NCBI RefSeq assembly: GCF_001642725.1
Contig: NZ_LSUQ01000015.1
Location: forward strand, 1-54,191
Direction of reading: 5' to 3'
Source of the DNA: Ferroacidibacillus organovorans
Lineage (GTDB): Bacteria; Bacillota; Bacilli; Alicyclobacillales; SLC66
Length of the DNA: 54,191 nt
The notes under the pieces were generated by a model, which made no database searches, was not told the origin of the DNA, and worked only from the letters and a program-made list of their open reading frames with translations. This document shows positions 52,812-54,191 of this stretch, one piece after another (the first letter of the stretch is position 1; each line of letters begins with the position of its first letter). Position numbers and translations under genes: made by a program.

Positions 52812-52962
52812 CAACCCGAAGAATCATCTGGCCTTTTCCTATTCGGTTAAAATTGCTTACCTTGGAATTTCTCGCATTGTGATTCGAAAATTCAGGGTTT
52901 ATTTTGAGGTATCAGGTCATGATGTCGTGATCCTTGCTATAAAGTTTCCGGGTGAAGCATGA
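52808..52962 (+). pseudogene. Internally deleted, frameshifted RelE/ParE-like toxin
   Basis: GTGA overlap; MTTRRIIWPFPIRLKLL then another frame GISRIVIRKFRVYFEV..VVILAIKFPGEA*, paralleling RRITF..RRVIVFGYRVYY..GLKAPGMK. Confidence 0.6.
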
Positions 52963-53140
52963 TAATATGGAAACTGTCTGAGAGCGAAGCGAGATCCAAG
53001 TCTACTCCGCTTTTTCCTCGTTCACGTCGTCAAATTGAGTAATACTAACGGTTCCTCCGTCGAAAAAATCCCCCAAGAAGTTCACTCTCAAATACGAATC
53101 GATTCGAACAGCGTTTTATGATAAAACGGCAAAAATGCTA

Positions 53141-53320
53141 CTAAAACGTGTGCTCGAAAAATATGGCGAGAAGGCCCCAAGGCGTTCGATGTGTTGGAAA
53201 GAGGGCTTGTGGATGCGAAGGCGGTCTTGGCATTACCTGCATCGTTTCGTCGAAATTTGCGGACGACGAACAATATAGAGCAGTTAAACGAGAAAATACG
53301 ACGTCGTGAGCGAATGATTC
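53141..53320 (+). pseudogene. IS256-family transposase C-terminal fragment
   Basis: VLEKYGEKAP..AFDVLERG..AVLALP..LRTTNNIEQLNEKIRRRER. Confidence 0.75.
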
Positions 53321-53781
53321 AATCGTTGTTATTTACTCTTTTTCCTTGCTCGAGTCTGTGCGAGGGCAGAACCTGCCACGCTTTTAGAGGCTGCACTGAA
53401 TCGTTTGTCACGCAGAATGCGGGAGGCCTCTGAAGCAACCGATTTGCTTGTGACCTTACGAGTGCTACTTTTTATGGCACATACCCCATATTATATTGCA
53501 GAAATAATACAATGTTACATTAAATCCGCCAATTAGGCGTGCCAGCGTATCACTGGCTAATAAAACGATTTCTATGGCGTAGCCATTCCTATTATTATCC
53601 ATCCCGATGGAGGTATATTTCACAGGAAATTCGTACACACTTCTATATGATCACACATCTTTGGACGTGATACCTCGCTTTTGTCAGATCGAGTTTTGCG
53701 GACGTGTGCATAGTTCCGAGAATTGCGCACTCAAAAATCGCGATAAAGCCTTATGCAGTCTACGATTCTGGGTTTTCTCTG

Positions 53782-54191
53782 TGTTTGTCAATCGAAAAGT
53801 TGACCATGTTGCTAACTGAAGAGTTGACCACCCCGGCATAATAAAAAACTCTTGTTCTAGGCTGTTACACCAGACCTTTGTTGGCTTTCTCGAAACCGGT
53901 ACGACTCTGCGTCAAACAACAGGATGTGCGAATGGTGGGTGAGTCGGTCAAGAAGCGCAGTCGTTAGTGTCGCATCATGAAATACGTCAACCCAACGGGA
54001 AAATTCTAAGTTCGTCGTCATCAGAAGACTGCCCTTTTCATATCGATCCGCAATGAACTGGAAGAGTAGCGTGCCGCCCTGCGACAAGGAAACGTAACCT
54101 AATTCGTCGAGGCAGACCAAGTCGTATTTGTCCCAATTCCTCAAATAGCGTGGCAGTCGAAACTCCGCTTCTGCCTGTAGAAGTTCCTGCA
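53782..54191 (-). mobile_element. IS21-family element end, continuing beyond the window
   Basis: Terminus TGTTTGTCAA with repeated AGTTGACCA boxes; istB 3' end. Confidence 0.8.
53857..54191 (-). CDS. istB: IS21 helper ATPase IstB, 5' part outside the window
   Basis: LVCLDELGY Walker B, TTNLEFSRW, ALLDRLTHH, ESYR. Confidence 0.88.
   Translation of the reverse strand, partial: QELLQAEAEFRLPRYLRNWDKYDLVCLDELGYVSLSQGGTLLFQFIADRYEKGSLLMTTNLEFSRWVDVFHDATLTTALLDRLTHHSHILLFDAESYRFRESQQRSGVTA

Larger units (their letters stand above)
23278..54191. mobile_element. tRNA-Leu-anchored genomic island; right boundary lies beyond the window
   Basis: Integrase immediately after the tRNA, further recombinases, defence operon, IS debris and visibly lower GC than 1-23 kb; no tRNA 3' duplication seen. 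Confidence 0.8.

Noticed and set aside
23278..54191. Prophage, ICE or CRISPR array
   Set aside because: No structural, terminase, relaxase, T4SS or cas genes, and no regularly spaced repeats seen

Overview
Chromosomal window from a GC-rich Bacillota bacterium; gene order and proteins suggest Alicyclobacillaceae, which is an inference. Positions 1-23.0 kb are housekeeping genes, all on the + strand: TauE/SafE exporter, yitJ-like methionine enzyme, Lrp regulator, ytoI, dnaE, malic enzyme, accD, accA, pfkA, pyk, thioesterase, EamA transporter, icd, polA, mutM, coaE and a lytic transglycosylase. These end at tRNA-Leu(GAG) (23193-23277). A visibly more AT-rich genomic island follows and runs past the window end. 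It contains: (i) two paralogous tyrosine recombinases separated by a promoter-led, densely base-paired non-coding segment, a candidate structured ncRNA; (ii) three small ORFs and three serine recombinase genes, followed by a perfect 52-bp palindrome; (iii) a five-gene Druantia-like defence operon (three accessory genes, a 1728-aa DEAH/DUF1998 helicase and a Dam-family adenine methyltransferase, with no DruA); (iv) many IS elements and fragments (IS630, ISNCY/IS5-like, IS5, IS256, IS21), two related toxin-antitoxin-like pairs, SDR genes and pseudogenes. All calls come from reading motifs by eye; no searches or folding programs were run.
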